A stretch of 64,000 bases of DNA from Promethearchaeota archaeon (GCA_048940645.1 JBHLOI010000001.1:32001-96000), one strand, 5' to 3'. Shown: positions 41,737 to 50,919, numbered from the stretch's first letter. The notes: generated from the letters alone by a model not told the origin. Translations and numbers: made by a program.

Positions 41737-42016
41737 CGTAAATCTCTATGAGCAGCATTAAAGTTTCTATATTTATTTATATAGATGATAATGGTATTTA
41801 AACTAATTCTTCAAAACAAAATTTTTTATACTGATATCTCTTATAAGCTAATTATTGTAAATTTCATTTTTTTTGTGATTCCAAACAATTCTTCTTCAAA
41901 TCTTTGATCCTTTAGAGCGTTTCTTTTCTAGTGGGGCAATAATTATACTAATTGTTAGTAGCCTATTCTATATATCCCAAGGTCGCAAAAAGGAAACTTC
42001 GCATGAAAAAACCTTA

Positions 42017-42931
42017 ATGTACGGGTTTGCATGTTTTTGGCTTAGTATTGCGGTGGTACGCGCTTTTTTTTATTTTTCTGATTATATCTTAGAAGGAACT
42101 TATACGGGTGATTTAAACGTAATAATTCTATCTTTTGATATTACAAGTTATATTCTTCTTTACTTTTATTTATATTTATTCATATATATTTTCATTAGTA
42201 TAATCTCTGTAAATTTATTGTTTATTTGGTTTTCTATAAGATCAAAAAAAGAATTTCAAGCAATATCATCGGTGGTAACTATCGGTTTTACTGTAGTTTT
42301 AATAGGATGGGCGTTTGAAACAATAGCTATAAAAGAATTGAATCTAATTTCTCCAATACTACCCCCAATATTCGTGATAGTAGGCACTATAATCGCGATA
42401 TTACCATTAATTTTAAATCTTGAGTTTTTTTCCAAAGCTTTAGCTAATTGGCTCGTTCTAATCTCAATTATTTTTATCTTAGTATTTTTAGGTTTGACTG
42501 TGTTCACAAATTTGCCATTATTTATTATAAGTCAAGTAATCATTTGGATTTCAACCTTTGTTTTGGTTTTGGTGATTATCTATATAATTTCCTACTTAGT
42601 TAAGAGAGGTAGAGCTCCAGAAACTTCTTTGGAGGATAAAAAATCTGAAATCAAGGATTTTATAAGGATATTTACTAAACCTTTGGATTTTAGTATGAAA
42701 GAAATAAAATTTTATAGAGATAGAGGATTATGTTTGGTATGCAAAAACGAGGTTTCTGGTCTGACCTATGTTTGCCCTAATTGTGACGCATGGTATTGTA
42801 TTAAATGTTCTAAAGCTTTAACTGAGTTAGAAAACGTTTGTTGGGGATGTGGAAAACCAATTAATCTATTTAGACTCTTAAAGTATGAAAAAGAGCACAG
42901 TAAAGAAATTATTAAAGAAAAAGACAAGTAA
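42017..42931 (+). CDS. Multi-pass membrane protein with C-terminal RING-like C8 zinc finger
   Basis: 6-7 TM segments; C-x2-C-x10-C-x2-C-x4-C-x2-C-x10-C-x2-C; frame stays open upstream to 41879, probable ATT start at 41888. Confidence 0.75.
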   Translation: MYGFACFWLSIAVVRAFFYFSDYILEGTYTGDLNVIILSFDITSYILLYFYLYLFIYIFISIISVNLLFIWFSIRSKKEFQAISSVVTIGFTVVLIGWAFETIAIKELNLISPILPPIFVIVGTIIAILPLILNLEFFSKALANWLVLISIIFILVFLGLTVFTNLPLFIISQVIIWISTFVLVLVIIYIISYLVKRGRAPETSLEDKKSEIKDFIRIFTKPLDFSMKEIKFYRDRGLCLVCKNEVSGLTYVCPNCDAWYCIKCSKALTELENVCWGCGKPINLFRLLKYEKEHSKEIIKEKDK

Positions 42932-42943
42932 ATCAACAACGAT

Positions 42944-43201
42944 GTGAAACATGTGATTGATTATTTTAAACCAATTGCTTTGATTAATGATATCTATTCT
43001 ATATTCAACTTACTTCTCTTAATTTTCATTATTATTCCAATTTTTTTCTTAATACTTATTTCGATTTGGGTTTATAAAGATGCTAAAAAAAAAGAAATGA
43101 ATGCTTTTGTTTGGATTTTGATAATTTGGTTAATACCATTTTTTGTTGGATTAATTGTTTATCTAAAAGTAAGAGATCAGTACTCTACTCCAAGAGAGTA
43201 A
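42944..43201 (+). CDS. Small membrane protein (PLDc_N-like)
   Basis: IWVYKDAKKK...WILIIWLIPFFVGLIVYL. Confidence 0.72.
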   Translation: MKHVIDYFKPIALINDIYSIFNLLLLIFIIIPIFFLILISIWVYKDAKKKEMNAFVWILIIWLIPFFVGLIVYLKVRDQYSTPRE

Positions 43202-43403
43202 TCAATTTTTTCTGCCATCTTTTTTTGATTTATCATCATTTTAATTAATAAGTGTATCTATAATTAAATATAGTGTAAATATAAAAAAGAAAAGCTAAAT
43301 TAAAACAAAAAATGCAAATTTTAGCTTCTCTATGAACCTCCGGCAATACTAAGAATATATAGATAACAACAGAACTTAAATCAAATCATCTAACATATTT
43401 AGA

Positions 43404-44633
43404 ATGGTGTTTAAATTAAAACCTCCTGAAATCTTATTAACGGGAGAAAAGGGAGTAGGTAAGTCGACAATATTAAATCTGCTCCCGGGTGAGAATATTT
43501 TAGAAATAGACCTAAATTTAAATGAAATTATAAAGAAACCAATCAATATTGAAAATCTAAAAGGAATAAATCAATGTGTTTTGAGAATTATTGATTTAAA
43601 TGATTTAGTTAGAAATCTGATATCGTATAGGGCTCTATTAGAATCAATTAATATTATTTGCATTATTATAGATTCAACTAAAACAAATTTAGAAAGTACT
43701 CAACAATTCTACTTGGAATTAAAACAACATGTGCAAAATCCTGATTATTATCTTATTGCTAATTTTCAAGATAATAAAAAAAATGCATTAAAAGCTGAGA
43801 AAATTGAGGAATTTTTCGGAATAAAAAGTTATGGATTTTCAGCGATTCAAAAAGATTCTCATGAAAAATTAAGTACCATTATTGAAGATGTCTTAAAATT
43901 ATCGATTATACAAAAAGAAGAAGCTGACGTGGTCGAACCAAAACAGGTATCAAATGATATTGGGATCGTTATACTAAAAGAAACATATTCAAATATTTGG
44001 TCAGAAATAGAAGAAGCTGCGATTTTAGGAAAACAAGGGGATCATATTTTAGCTGCCAAAAAATTTTCAAAAGCTGTCTTCCAACTTAAGGATTATAATG
44101 CAGAAACAGATTTAAAGGAAGAAAGGGAAAAAATTAACGTATTATCCAATCTATGTAAAGCATGGGAGAGCATGGAACTTGCTGAGGAATATAATGAACC
44201 TGATAAATATTTAGAAGCAGCGAATTTCTTTATCGAAGCTGGTAGTTTTACTAATGACAATAAATTACGATTATTCCTAATGGGAAATACTAAGTTTTGT
44301 AAGGCTCTACAATTAGGATTAGAATTTGATATTGTAAATGACATTGATTTTAAAGCAAAAAGTTACCATAAAATAAAAACGTTGATAAAAGAATCAGCTG
44401 ATTTATTCAAAGAGGGCGGGTTTAAAACGGAAGCAAAGTGGGTTTTAGCTACTGCATCTTATTTTAAGGCAATTTGGTATTTAATAAAAGCAGATATGGA
44501 ACACAATTTAGAAGTGAAGAAGAAAACACGAGATCAAGTTTCTCTACTTCTTAAATCAGCTGCTAATTTGTTTAGAGAGGCAGGTTATAAAGAAAAAGAA
44601 AAAGAAGTTTTGGATCAATTGAATTTGAACTAA
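43404..44633 (+). CDS. Divergent small-GTPase (Ras/Arf/Roc-like) domain fused to a TPR/SNAP-like helical domain
   Basis: G1 GEKGVGKS, IIIDS, G4-like ANFQD, G5-like FSA; G3 degenerate (DLND); C-terminal AA..F..A helical repeats. Confidence 0.7.
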   Translation: MVFKLKPPEILLTGEKGVGKSTILNLLPGENILEIDLNLNEIIKKPINIENLKGINQCVLRIIDLNDLVRNLISYRALLESINIICIIIDSTKTNLESTQQFYLELKQHVQNPDYYLIANFQDNKKNALKAEKIEEFFGIKSYGFSAIQKDSHEKLSTIIEDVLKLSIIQKEEADVVEPKQVSNDIGIVILKETYSNIWSEIEEAAILGKQGDHILAAKKFSKAVFQLKDYNAETDLKEEREKINVLSNLCKAWESMELAEEYNEPDKYLEAANFFIEAGSFTNDNKLRLFLMGNTKFCKALQLGLEFDIVNDIDFKAKSYHKIKTLIKESADLFKEGGFKTEAKWVLATASYFKAIWYLIKADMEHNLEVKKKTRDQVSLLLKSAANLFREAGYKEKEKEVLDQLNLN

Positions 44634-44652
44634 AAAAAATGTATATCCTCGC

Positions 44653-44907
44653 TTAACCTCCGATCACTTTAGCCCATAATTGTAATGTGTCATTTTCTTT
44701 TAAACCAAACTTTTCAATTGCATCCCTAATAGATATTGTATTAGGTAATTCCTTTCCATGATGAACTAATGTATAAGATCTTTGTTCAGAACTTATTACT
44801 CCCATGTGTTTTACAACTACATTTATGATACTTTCAATCTGATGTTTTTCATTTACATCTATTTTGATTACCTTGGATCTTCTCGTATCTTCAACAGATA
44901 ATATCAT
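44653..44907 (-). CDS. Ubiquitin-like protein with exposed C-terminal di-glycine
   Basis: 84 aa; beta-grasp pattern LVHHGKEL...GLKENDTLQL...GG-stop. Confidence 0.82.
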   Translation of the reverse strand: MILSVEDTRRSKVIKIDVNEKHQIESIINVVVKHMGVISSEQRSYTLVHHGKELPNTISIRDAIEKFGLKENDTLQLWAKVIGG

Positions 44908-44946
44908 AATTTATTCATCAAAAAAATGATATTCTACTAACTTTTA

Positions 44947-44983
44947 TTAGATTTAGCTTCGAAACTTTTCACAAAGTTCGAAT
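44947..44983 (-). repeat. 37-bp palindromic element, copy 2 (inverted relative to copy 1)
   Basis: Reverse complement ATTCGAACTTTGTGAAAAGTTTCGAAGCTAAATCTAA; starts at the stop codon of the wHTH gene, upstream of the ubiquitin-like gene. Confidence 0.85.
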
Positions 44984-46281
44984 TATATGTGGGGATACTT
45001 TTTTTTAAATTCATTTAAAATTGCATATTTCGGGAAATCTTTTAAAATTGGTGTTATAGGTCTTCTTACGGGTGTCAATTTCTGAAAATCATCCAAATCT
45101 AATTCTAATAAATTTTTTAAAGCTAATCCTTTGAATTTATCAGATATATCGTCCAAATGAGCGCTTTTTTGAAATTTTGAGTATAAAAAGCGAGTATATT
45201 CCTGTAAAAAGACTAAAATTGAAGATTTTATTTTTTTGTTAAATAACTTATTAGTAATATCACTTAAAATATTCTCAAGTAAATTTATAGTTTGTATTTT
45301 CTTCTGTTCATCGGGAATATCTGGTTCTAATTTATTTAGATAGCTAAATTTCTCAATATTCTCATCTATAATTAAATATAACATCTTCTCAAACTTTTCT
45401 CCTTCTCGAAAGTAATAGACACCATTTCCATCGACTGAAAATTTGAAGAATTTTGTTGAATATAAATCCTCTTCTACAATATTTTGCACAATATAGTTGA
45501 TTGTTCCTAGTTTTGTATCATATTTTTGAGAAAAATCTTCAGGTAATATACATTCTGGATATTTATTTGGATGATTTAATGACAAGAATAATAGAATTTT
45601 ATAAAAATCCTCCTCTGATGGAAGTAAACTTTCAATTTTAGAATAATTTAAATGATTAATTAAATCTAAAAATATTAATTTAGTCTCATCATCATCAATT
45701 TCATATTTTTCAAAGAAATTTTTTGCATTTTTCTTGATATCTTCGATTCTTTCTACCTCTTCTTCCAAAATTGTTTGATAATCTAAATGATAATTTTTTA
45801 ACATTTTAGAATATTGTAATTCTCCGGGTTTAGTAACTCGATATTCCATGTTTTCGCTTTCTACAAAGCCCTTTTTTATTAGAAGATTTAGATTTTTAGA
45901 TAGAGAATGATGATTAATTGAAAGAGGCTTTTCAAGGAAATCTGACCATTTACAAAAATCATTATTACACAACATCCAAAGAATAGTATGATTATAATTT
46001 CTTTTATTTAAAATTATTTCTGGAGGGTATCTTAACTTCCTTTCAAATGAATCCTTAAACCTCAAGTCGAAGTAGCGTTTTCTCCCTTCAGATGTTACTG
46101 TATAAACTCCCTTACTTTTCTTTTCAGCATATCCATTTGTAATTAATATATTCATATATTTTGATAATGTTGCTAAACTAATTTCTAATGGTTCTTCTAA
46201 GAAATTAGACCAATTGCACTCTTCATTATTATTTAGCATCCACAGAATAATATATTCAAAGTCTTTCTTTTCAACTCCCAC
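44983..46281 (-). CDS. Protein with two tandem winged-helix (MarR/ArsR-like) repeats; putative transcription regulator
   Basis: Two copies of YPP..I...(F/Y)...ILWML.NN..C.WS.FLE.PL.I....LSK.L..L...G..E....Y.VT..G; probable ATT start at 46329. Confidence 0.78.
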   Translation of the reverse strand: MGVEKKDFEYIILWMLNNNEECNWSNFLEEPLEISLATLSKYMNILITNGYAEKKSKGVYTVTSEGRKRYFDLRFKDSFERKLRYPPEIILNKRNYNHTILWMLCNNDFCKWSDFLEKPLSINHHSLSKNLNLLIKKGFVESENMEYRVTKPGELQYSKMLKNYHLDYQTILEEEVERIEDIKKNAKNFFEKYEIDDDETKLIFLDLINHLNYSKIESLLPSEEDFYKILLFLSLNHPNKYPECILPEDFSQKYDTKLGTINYIVQNIVEEDLYSTKFFKFSVDGNGVYYFREGEKFEKMLYLIIDENIEKFSYLNKLEPDIPDEQKKIQTINLLENILSDITNKLFNKKIKSSILVFLQEYTRFLYSKFQKSAHLDDISDKFKGLALKNLLELDLDDFQKLTPVRRPITPILKDFPKYAILNEFKKKYPHI

Positions 46282-46451
46282 GGGATTTATTATTTCTTGT
46301 GGAGGGTAATTTAATTCTTTATGAGAAATTTTATAGAAACACCTTAGGCTTAATTAATAATAAACATTAATTTTAACCTTCCTAAATCTTAAACTTATGC
46401 TATTTATATAAATTTATGTAAAAAGTGTTTAAATAGTTTAATTCTATTTCA

Positions 46452-46478
46452 ATTCGAACTTTGTGCGAACTTTCAAAA
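46452..46478 (+). repeat. Degenerate third copy of the palindromic element, upstream of the wHTH gene
   Basis: ATTCGAACTTTGTGcgAAcTTTCaAAa; 22/27 match to copy 2. Confidence 0.6.
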
Positions 46479-46524
46479 GTAAATTATTTGAATATGGATC
46501 TAAGATGAACAATACTAAATCGTT

Positions 46525-47466
46525 CTAAATATTAAAGCCATCATCTAAATCATCATACTCCTCTTCAAATCTTTTTAATTCTTCCTCTTTAAGCTTCTTT
46601 TTAAGCTTTTTACGTTCCTTGTGAGTGTAATGCTCATCATAACGCTTAATGTACATTTTTTCATATCTCTCTCTGAGTTTCTCTACGCTTTCTACTTGTC
46701 CAATTTTATCTTGTAAATTATCTTCAAAAAACCAGTTTCTCTTAAACTCTTTTGCTGGAATACCTACATAAATCCATCCATACTTTAATTCTTGACCAAC
46801 CGTAGTGACTGAGTTTGCTGCTAATACACTACGCGTACCAATATGGGTACCTGGCATTACTATAGCATGGGACCCTATACGAACTTCATCTTCTATTATT
46901 GTTTTCCGAATAATAAGCAAATTTCCGATTATAACACTTGATTGGATAATAGCGCCTTGACCTACAACCACATTTTTTCCAAATTCCAAAAATTCCGTGT
47001 CACACCAGCCTTCAAATAAAGAATTAGAAAATTTTGTCTTAACTCCAAAAACCTTAAAACAAATATTATCTAAGAAGGGAAATGGAAATTTATGAGCTAG
47101 CCAAAAAGGAAACCTTTTTATGGTGCTTCTTATACTCCAATACCGATAATCTTTATCAGAAGGGTGCCTAAGAAATGTACCTTCGCGAGGTTTATGAATT
47201 GCATTCACAAATAAAAGAATGATTTTTGCAAAAAATATCGCTGAGAACACTGCTGTAACATACATTCCAAAACATAAAAGAGGTAAAAAGGTGTAAAAGT
47301 GAAGTGGTCTAATGTCATCCCATAACCATTGCCAATATGCCCAAAATATCAGTAAAAGTGGGATAATCGTCGCCCAAATAATTATTATATAAAAGATTAA
47401 ATATCTCTTTCTAACGAGAACCGTTGGTAAAAATGGTCCTACTCGCATAGTATTAGGTACAGACAT
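46525..47466 (-). CDS. 2TM + left-handed beta-helix (hexapeptide) acyltransferase-like protein, module C (Pls C-terminal-domain-like)
   Basis: Two TM helices, HKPREGTF...DYRYW.IR, FGKNVVVGQGAII, IEDEVRIGSHAIVMPGT.IG, WIYVGIPAK. Confidence 0.8.
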   Translation of the reverse strand: MSVPNTMRVGPFLPTVLVRKRYLIFYIIIIWATIIPLLLIFWAYWQWLWDDIRPLHFYTFLPLLCFGMYVTAVFSAIFFAKIILLFVNAIHKPREGTFLRHPSDKDYRYWSIRSTIKRFPFWLAHKFPFPFLDNICFKVFGVKTKFSNSLFEGWCDTEFLEFGKNVVVGQGAIIQSSVIIGNLLIIRKTIIEDEVRIGSHAIVMPGTHIGTRSVLAANSVTTVGQELKYGWIYVGIPAKEFKRNWFFEDNLQDKIGQVESVEKLRERYEKMYIKRYDEHYTHKERKKLKKKLKEEELKRFEEEYDDLDDGFNI

Positions 47467-47472
47467 GGTTAC

Positions 47473-49350
47473 TCACTCCTCTTTAGTTTTTACTAATTTC
47501 TTTTTCTCCTCTTCAATATTTACTTCATGTTCCATTTCAAACTTTGTGGACTCATCCACATCTCTTTTTATAATAAGATCCCTTCTTTCTTCAGCATACT
47601 TATTTTCTTTTAGTTTTATTGCAGGGATACCAAAATAAATCCAATTGGGTTCTAAAACTTGTTTGAATGCAGTAGTAGAGATTGCTCCCACTACAGAGTC
47701 GTGTCCCATAATTGTTCCTGGGGCAACTGTAGTATGCCCTCCTACTAGAACAAAATCATCAAACATCACCCTTTTTATTACCAAATATTTGCCCACAACC
47801 ATAGAAGACATAATTGTAGCTCCTTGACCTATCAAATTTTTCCTCCCAAAATCTATAAATTCTCCATCACACCATGCATCATTAAGATGACTCGAGAAAT
47901 CCATACTTATGCCAAACCATCTGAATGCTAATGCATCTATCCAAGGAAGCGGCGAATTTCTCAAGAGCCATAAAGTTATCTTTTTTAATTCAGTACGCAA
48001 CATCCAAAATTCATAATCGGTATCTCCAATTTGTGCTAAAAATGTACCCTCTTTGGGTTTATGAATAAGATTTACAAGGATTAATATTAATTTACTGAAA
48101 AGTAATATTCCTAAAATAAACAAATATAACATAGAAATAAGGGCGATAGGAAGAAATATAATAGAGCTCAGTTTTACACCCTCCATCGAATATCCATACC
48201 AATATATCGCAACAAGAAGACCACTTAACCAGAAAATTGGGAGATAAACCACTAAGAATTTTATATTAATTCTACTAATAGCACTACTCGTTGTAAAATC
48301 TAAAGCTAAATCTTCATTTGTTAAAGTTGACACATCCTTATATTCAATTTCTTCACTAATATCAATATCTTCCTCGATATCCTCTTCTTCTTCCTCCTTT
48401 TCTTCTTTTATTTCTTTTTCTTCATCATCCTCTTTTGCCTTACCTTTCTTCTTTTTTATATACATCTCTGGATTTTTATTTTTCCTTATATCTTCTTCAC
48501 TTAAACCTAGCCAACTCATTGTCTTTTTCTTAAAAATCTTACGCATAGGAATTCCAAAATAATAATTATGATTTCCTTTAATAACACTATGTTTGGTGCA
48601 AGAAGCTAGGGGTAGCATATAGGCTTCATTAGATATTTCAGATCCTGGACCAATCTGATTCATAGAAGCAAGAGTTACATTATTACCAAGATGAATCTTA
48701 AAATGATTAATATTTCCAAATATTCCAGTGAGAAGATGACTTGCTAAGGTAGAATTAACACCAATATAGCAATTTTTACCAACATCGATAAATTTATCAG
48801 AACCTACGGATTCTTCTATAGTAGTTCCTTTTCCTATTTTACTCGTTCCAATAAATTCATAGAACCAAGTTGATAACCAAGGAAATAAACCTTTAGAAAA
48901 CACATTTTTTCCATACTTTAATATAAAACTTCTTAAGTGGTAGTAATTAGCTGTTTTAGAACGAATATTTCTTGGAATAATTCCATCTTTAGACGGTGAG
49001 ATTTTTTCTGTTATTTTCCAGAAAATTTTAGTAATAATTCCAACAAGGAGTAATCTAACATAATATCCAATGATTAATACTAAAGGCATTGCAAATAATG
49101 CCATTAATGGCTTAATTTCAGTAAATATTGCGAAAAAATTTGTAATATCTAAAAAATAGGGTTTAAAAATGAGAAGTACATATGAGAAGAATATAAATCC
49201 AGGTATTAACCACGAACCATAATAAATTATAAAAAATAAAATAATGTATAGATGAAATTGGAGACTTTGTTCTTCCTTAACGAATTCTTCTCCAGTTTTA
49301 TTATCTGAATCTTCACTGTTTTTTGAATCTTCAGACATTTTTATCATCAA
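47473..49350 (-). CDS. Fused double 2TM + LbH protein, modules A+B (Pls C-terminal-domain-like)
   Basis: Two TM-pair/hexapeptide units separated by a K/E/D-rich linker; PSKDGIIPRN, IGKGTTIE, YFGIP; HKPKEG...FWMLR, WIYFGIPA. Confidence 0.8.
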   Translation of the reverse strand: MMIKMSEDSKNSEDSDNKTGEEFVKEEQSLQFHLYIILFFIIYYGSWLIPGFIFFSYVLLIFKPYFLDITNFFAIFTEIKPLMALFAMPLVLIIGYYVRLLLVGIITKIFWKITEKISPSKDGIIPRNIRSKTANYYHLRSFILKYGKNVFSKGLFPWLSTWFYEFIGTSKIGKGTTIEESVGSDKFIDVGKNCYIGVNSTLASHLLTGIFGNINHFKIHLGNNVTLASMNQIGPGSEISNEAYMLPLASCTKHSVIKGNHNYYFGIPMRKIFKKKTMSWLGLSEEDIRKNKNPEMYIKKKKGKAKEDDEEKEIKEEKEEEEEDIEEDIDISEEIEYKDVSTLTNEDLALDFTTSSAISRINIKFLVVYLPIFWLSGLLVAIYWYGYSMEGVKLSSIIFLPIALISMLYLFILGILLFSKLILILVNLIHKPKEGTFLAQIGDTDYEFWMLRTELKKITLWLLRNSPLPWIDALAFRWFGISMDFSSHLNDAWCDGEFIDFGRKNLIGQGATIMSSMVVGKYLVIKRVMFDDFVLVGGHTTVAPGTIMGHDSVVGAISTTAFKQVLEPNWIYFGIPAIKLKENKYAEERRDLIIKRDVDESTKFEMEHEVNIEEEKKKLVKTKEE

Positions 49351-49464
49351 TTTATTATATTGCGATCTACTAGTAATAATGTTTTTAATCTTTACTTAAA
49401 ATTTCTATTTTATAGTTTTATAGATATATTTGTTATCTTTTAAAGTTATATTATTAACAATTTC

Positions 49465-49908
49465 ATGGATTTTTTTGTGTCTATAATTAAAATATCAGTA
49501 ATTATCATGAATAAAATAAAGCAAATTTGTAAAGATTGCGGAAAGTGTTGCCAAAAAACAGAAATGCTATTATCAGAACAAGATATTTATTTAATTGAAG
49601 AAAAAATTTCAAGTATAAGAAGAGATGAATTTACTGAATTGAATGAAAATGGGATTTATCAATTAAAAAATAGAAATAATCACTGCATATTCTTAGATAT
49701 TGCATCTAAATTATGTACTATATACAAATTCAGACCACAGGGCTGCAGATTCTATCCTATTATTTATGATAATGAGAAAGAAATTTGTATTTATGATGAA
49801 GAATGCCCCAGAGTCTCTTCTTTTTATTTAGTACTTAAAAAGTTTAAAAAAACATGTAATGATATTAAGAAATTTATCAAGATGGAACTAAAAATAGAAT
49901 TTTCCTGA
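49465..49908 (+). CDS. YkgJ-family cysteine-cluster (CxxCxxCC) protein
   Basis: CKDCGKCC, CIFLD, CTIYKFRPQGCRFYP; start probably MNKIK. Confidence 0.85.
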   Translation: MDFFVSIIKISVIIMNKIKQICKDCGKCCQKTEMLLSEQDIYLIEEKISSIRRDEFTELNENGIYQLKNRNNHCIFLDIASKLCTIYKFRPQGCRFYPIIYDNEKEICIYDEECPRVSSFYLVLKKFKKTCNDIKKFIKMELKIEFS

Positions 49909-49911
49909 GAT

Positions 49912-50919
49912 TTAAAATGTCAGAATAGTTTTGATATGATCTTTACTATTTCTATATGAAGTAAAAGCTTCACTAATCCTTTCTAAAGGAAATTTTTTTG
50001 AGATTAAATCTTTTACTTGGATATTTCCTGATTTTAGGCCGTCTATTGCTTTGTTAAATGGACCACATCTACTAGTATATATTGTAATTTCCCGTACAAC
50101 CAAATCTGTGAGATTCACGGGAGTATCTAATCCATGGGTGCTTTTAATATGAATTTTTCCCCTAGTTCTACATGAAGCAATAATATCTGAAAATACATTC
50201 GGATTTCCAGTAGCATCCACAACGATATCTGCACCTAATCCCTTTGTAATTTCCTTAATTTTATTAGGAATATTCTTTACTTTTAGGCGATTTATCAAAT
50301 GTCTTGCACCAAATTTTTTAGCTAATTCAAGTTTTTTATTCGAACCATCTACTACTATTAAATCTAAACCCATTAATAGAGCAACTTGAACTATTAATAA
50401 ACCTAATTTTCCAACTCCAAAAATAACCATATTAGTATCATTATGACTAATAGGCATTGTCTCAAATATCTGATAAGCCGCAGCTAAAGGTTCAATAAAG
50501 GTAGCATCATTAAATGAAATCGAATCAGGTATCTCATGTATTAAGTATGACTCAGCAGTAAGAAATTCTGCGAATCCGCCATTGATATCAATACCTATTG
50601 CTTTTCTCGATAAACATTGAGTAAACATATCTCTCCTACAGTAATAACAATTAAAATCTATATTGCTGTTAATTTCAGACACAACTCTTCTTCCTAACCA
50701 TGAGTTTTCGACATCTTCTCCGACTTTTACAACCTCACCAGCTATTTCATGTCCCAAAATAAGTGGAGTTGGTATTGGAAGAATACCCTTGACAATAGCT
50801 AAATCTGTACCACATATTCCCGCAGCTTTAACCTTAATCAATACTTGAGATTTAGTAAGCTCTGGGATTGGAACTTCTTTCACATTAATCGCTTTTCCAT
50901 CAAATACAGCTGCTTTCAT
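49912..50919 (-). CDS. Zinc-dependent alcohol dehydrogenase (MDR family)
   Basis: GICGTD, LGHEIAG, GGFAE, IEPLAA, IFGVGKLG. Confidence 0.92.
   Translation of the reverse strand: MKAAVFDGKAINVKEVPIPELTKSQVLIKVKAAGICGTDLAIVKGILPIPTPLILGHEIAGEVVKVGEDVENSWLGRRVVSEINSNIDFNCYYCRRDMFTQCLSRKAIGIDINGGFAEFLTAESYLIHEIPDSISFNDATFIEPLAAAYQIFETMPISHNDTNMVIFGVGKLGLLIVQVALLMGLDLIVVDGSNKKLELAKKFGARHLINRLKVKNIPNKIKEITKGLGADIVVDATGNPNVFSDIIASCRTRGKIHIKSTHGLDTPVNLTDLVVREITIYTSRCGPFNKAIDGLKSGNIQVKDLISKKFPLERISEAFTSYRNSKDHIKTILTF

Larger units (their letters stand above)
35577..41810. repeat. Tandem duplication of a ~3.1-kb unit (family-5 solute-binding protein plus convergent DUF4097-like gene, with promoters)
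   Basis: Paralogous gene pairs; identical upstream aatgatcaaaaaccttaattatgaat at about 35578 and 38761; similar leaders upstream of 38578 and 41736. Confidence 0.85.

Noticed and set aside
44947-46478. wHTH gene flanked by inverted copies of the palindromic element, considered as an IS element
   Set aside because: The protein has no DDE, HUH or recombinase motifs and no target-site duplication was seen; kept only as an operator or recombination-site hypothesis
48330-48500. Purine/pyrimidine-skewed low-complexity tract
   Set aside because: Encodes the K/E/D-rich linker between modules A and B
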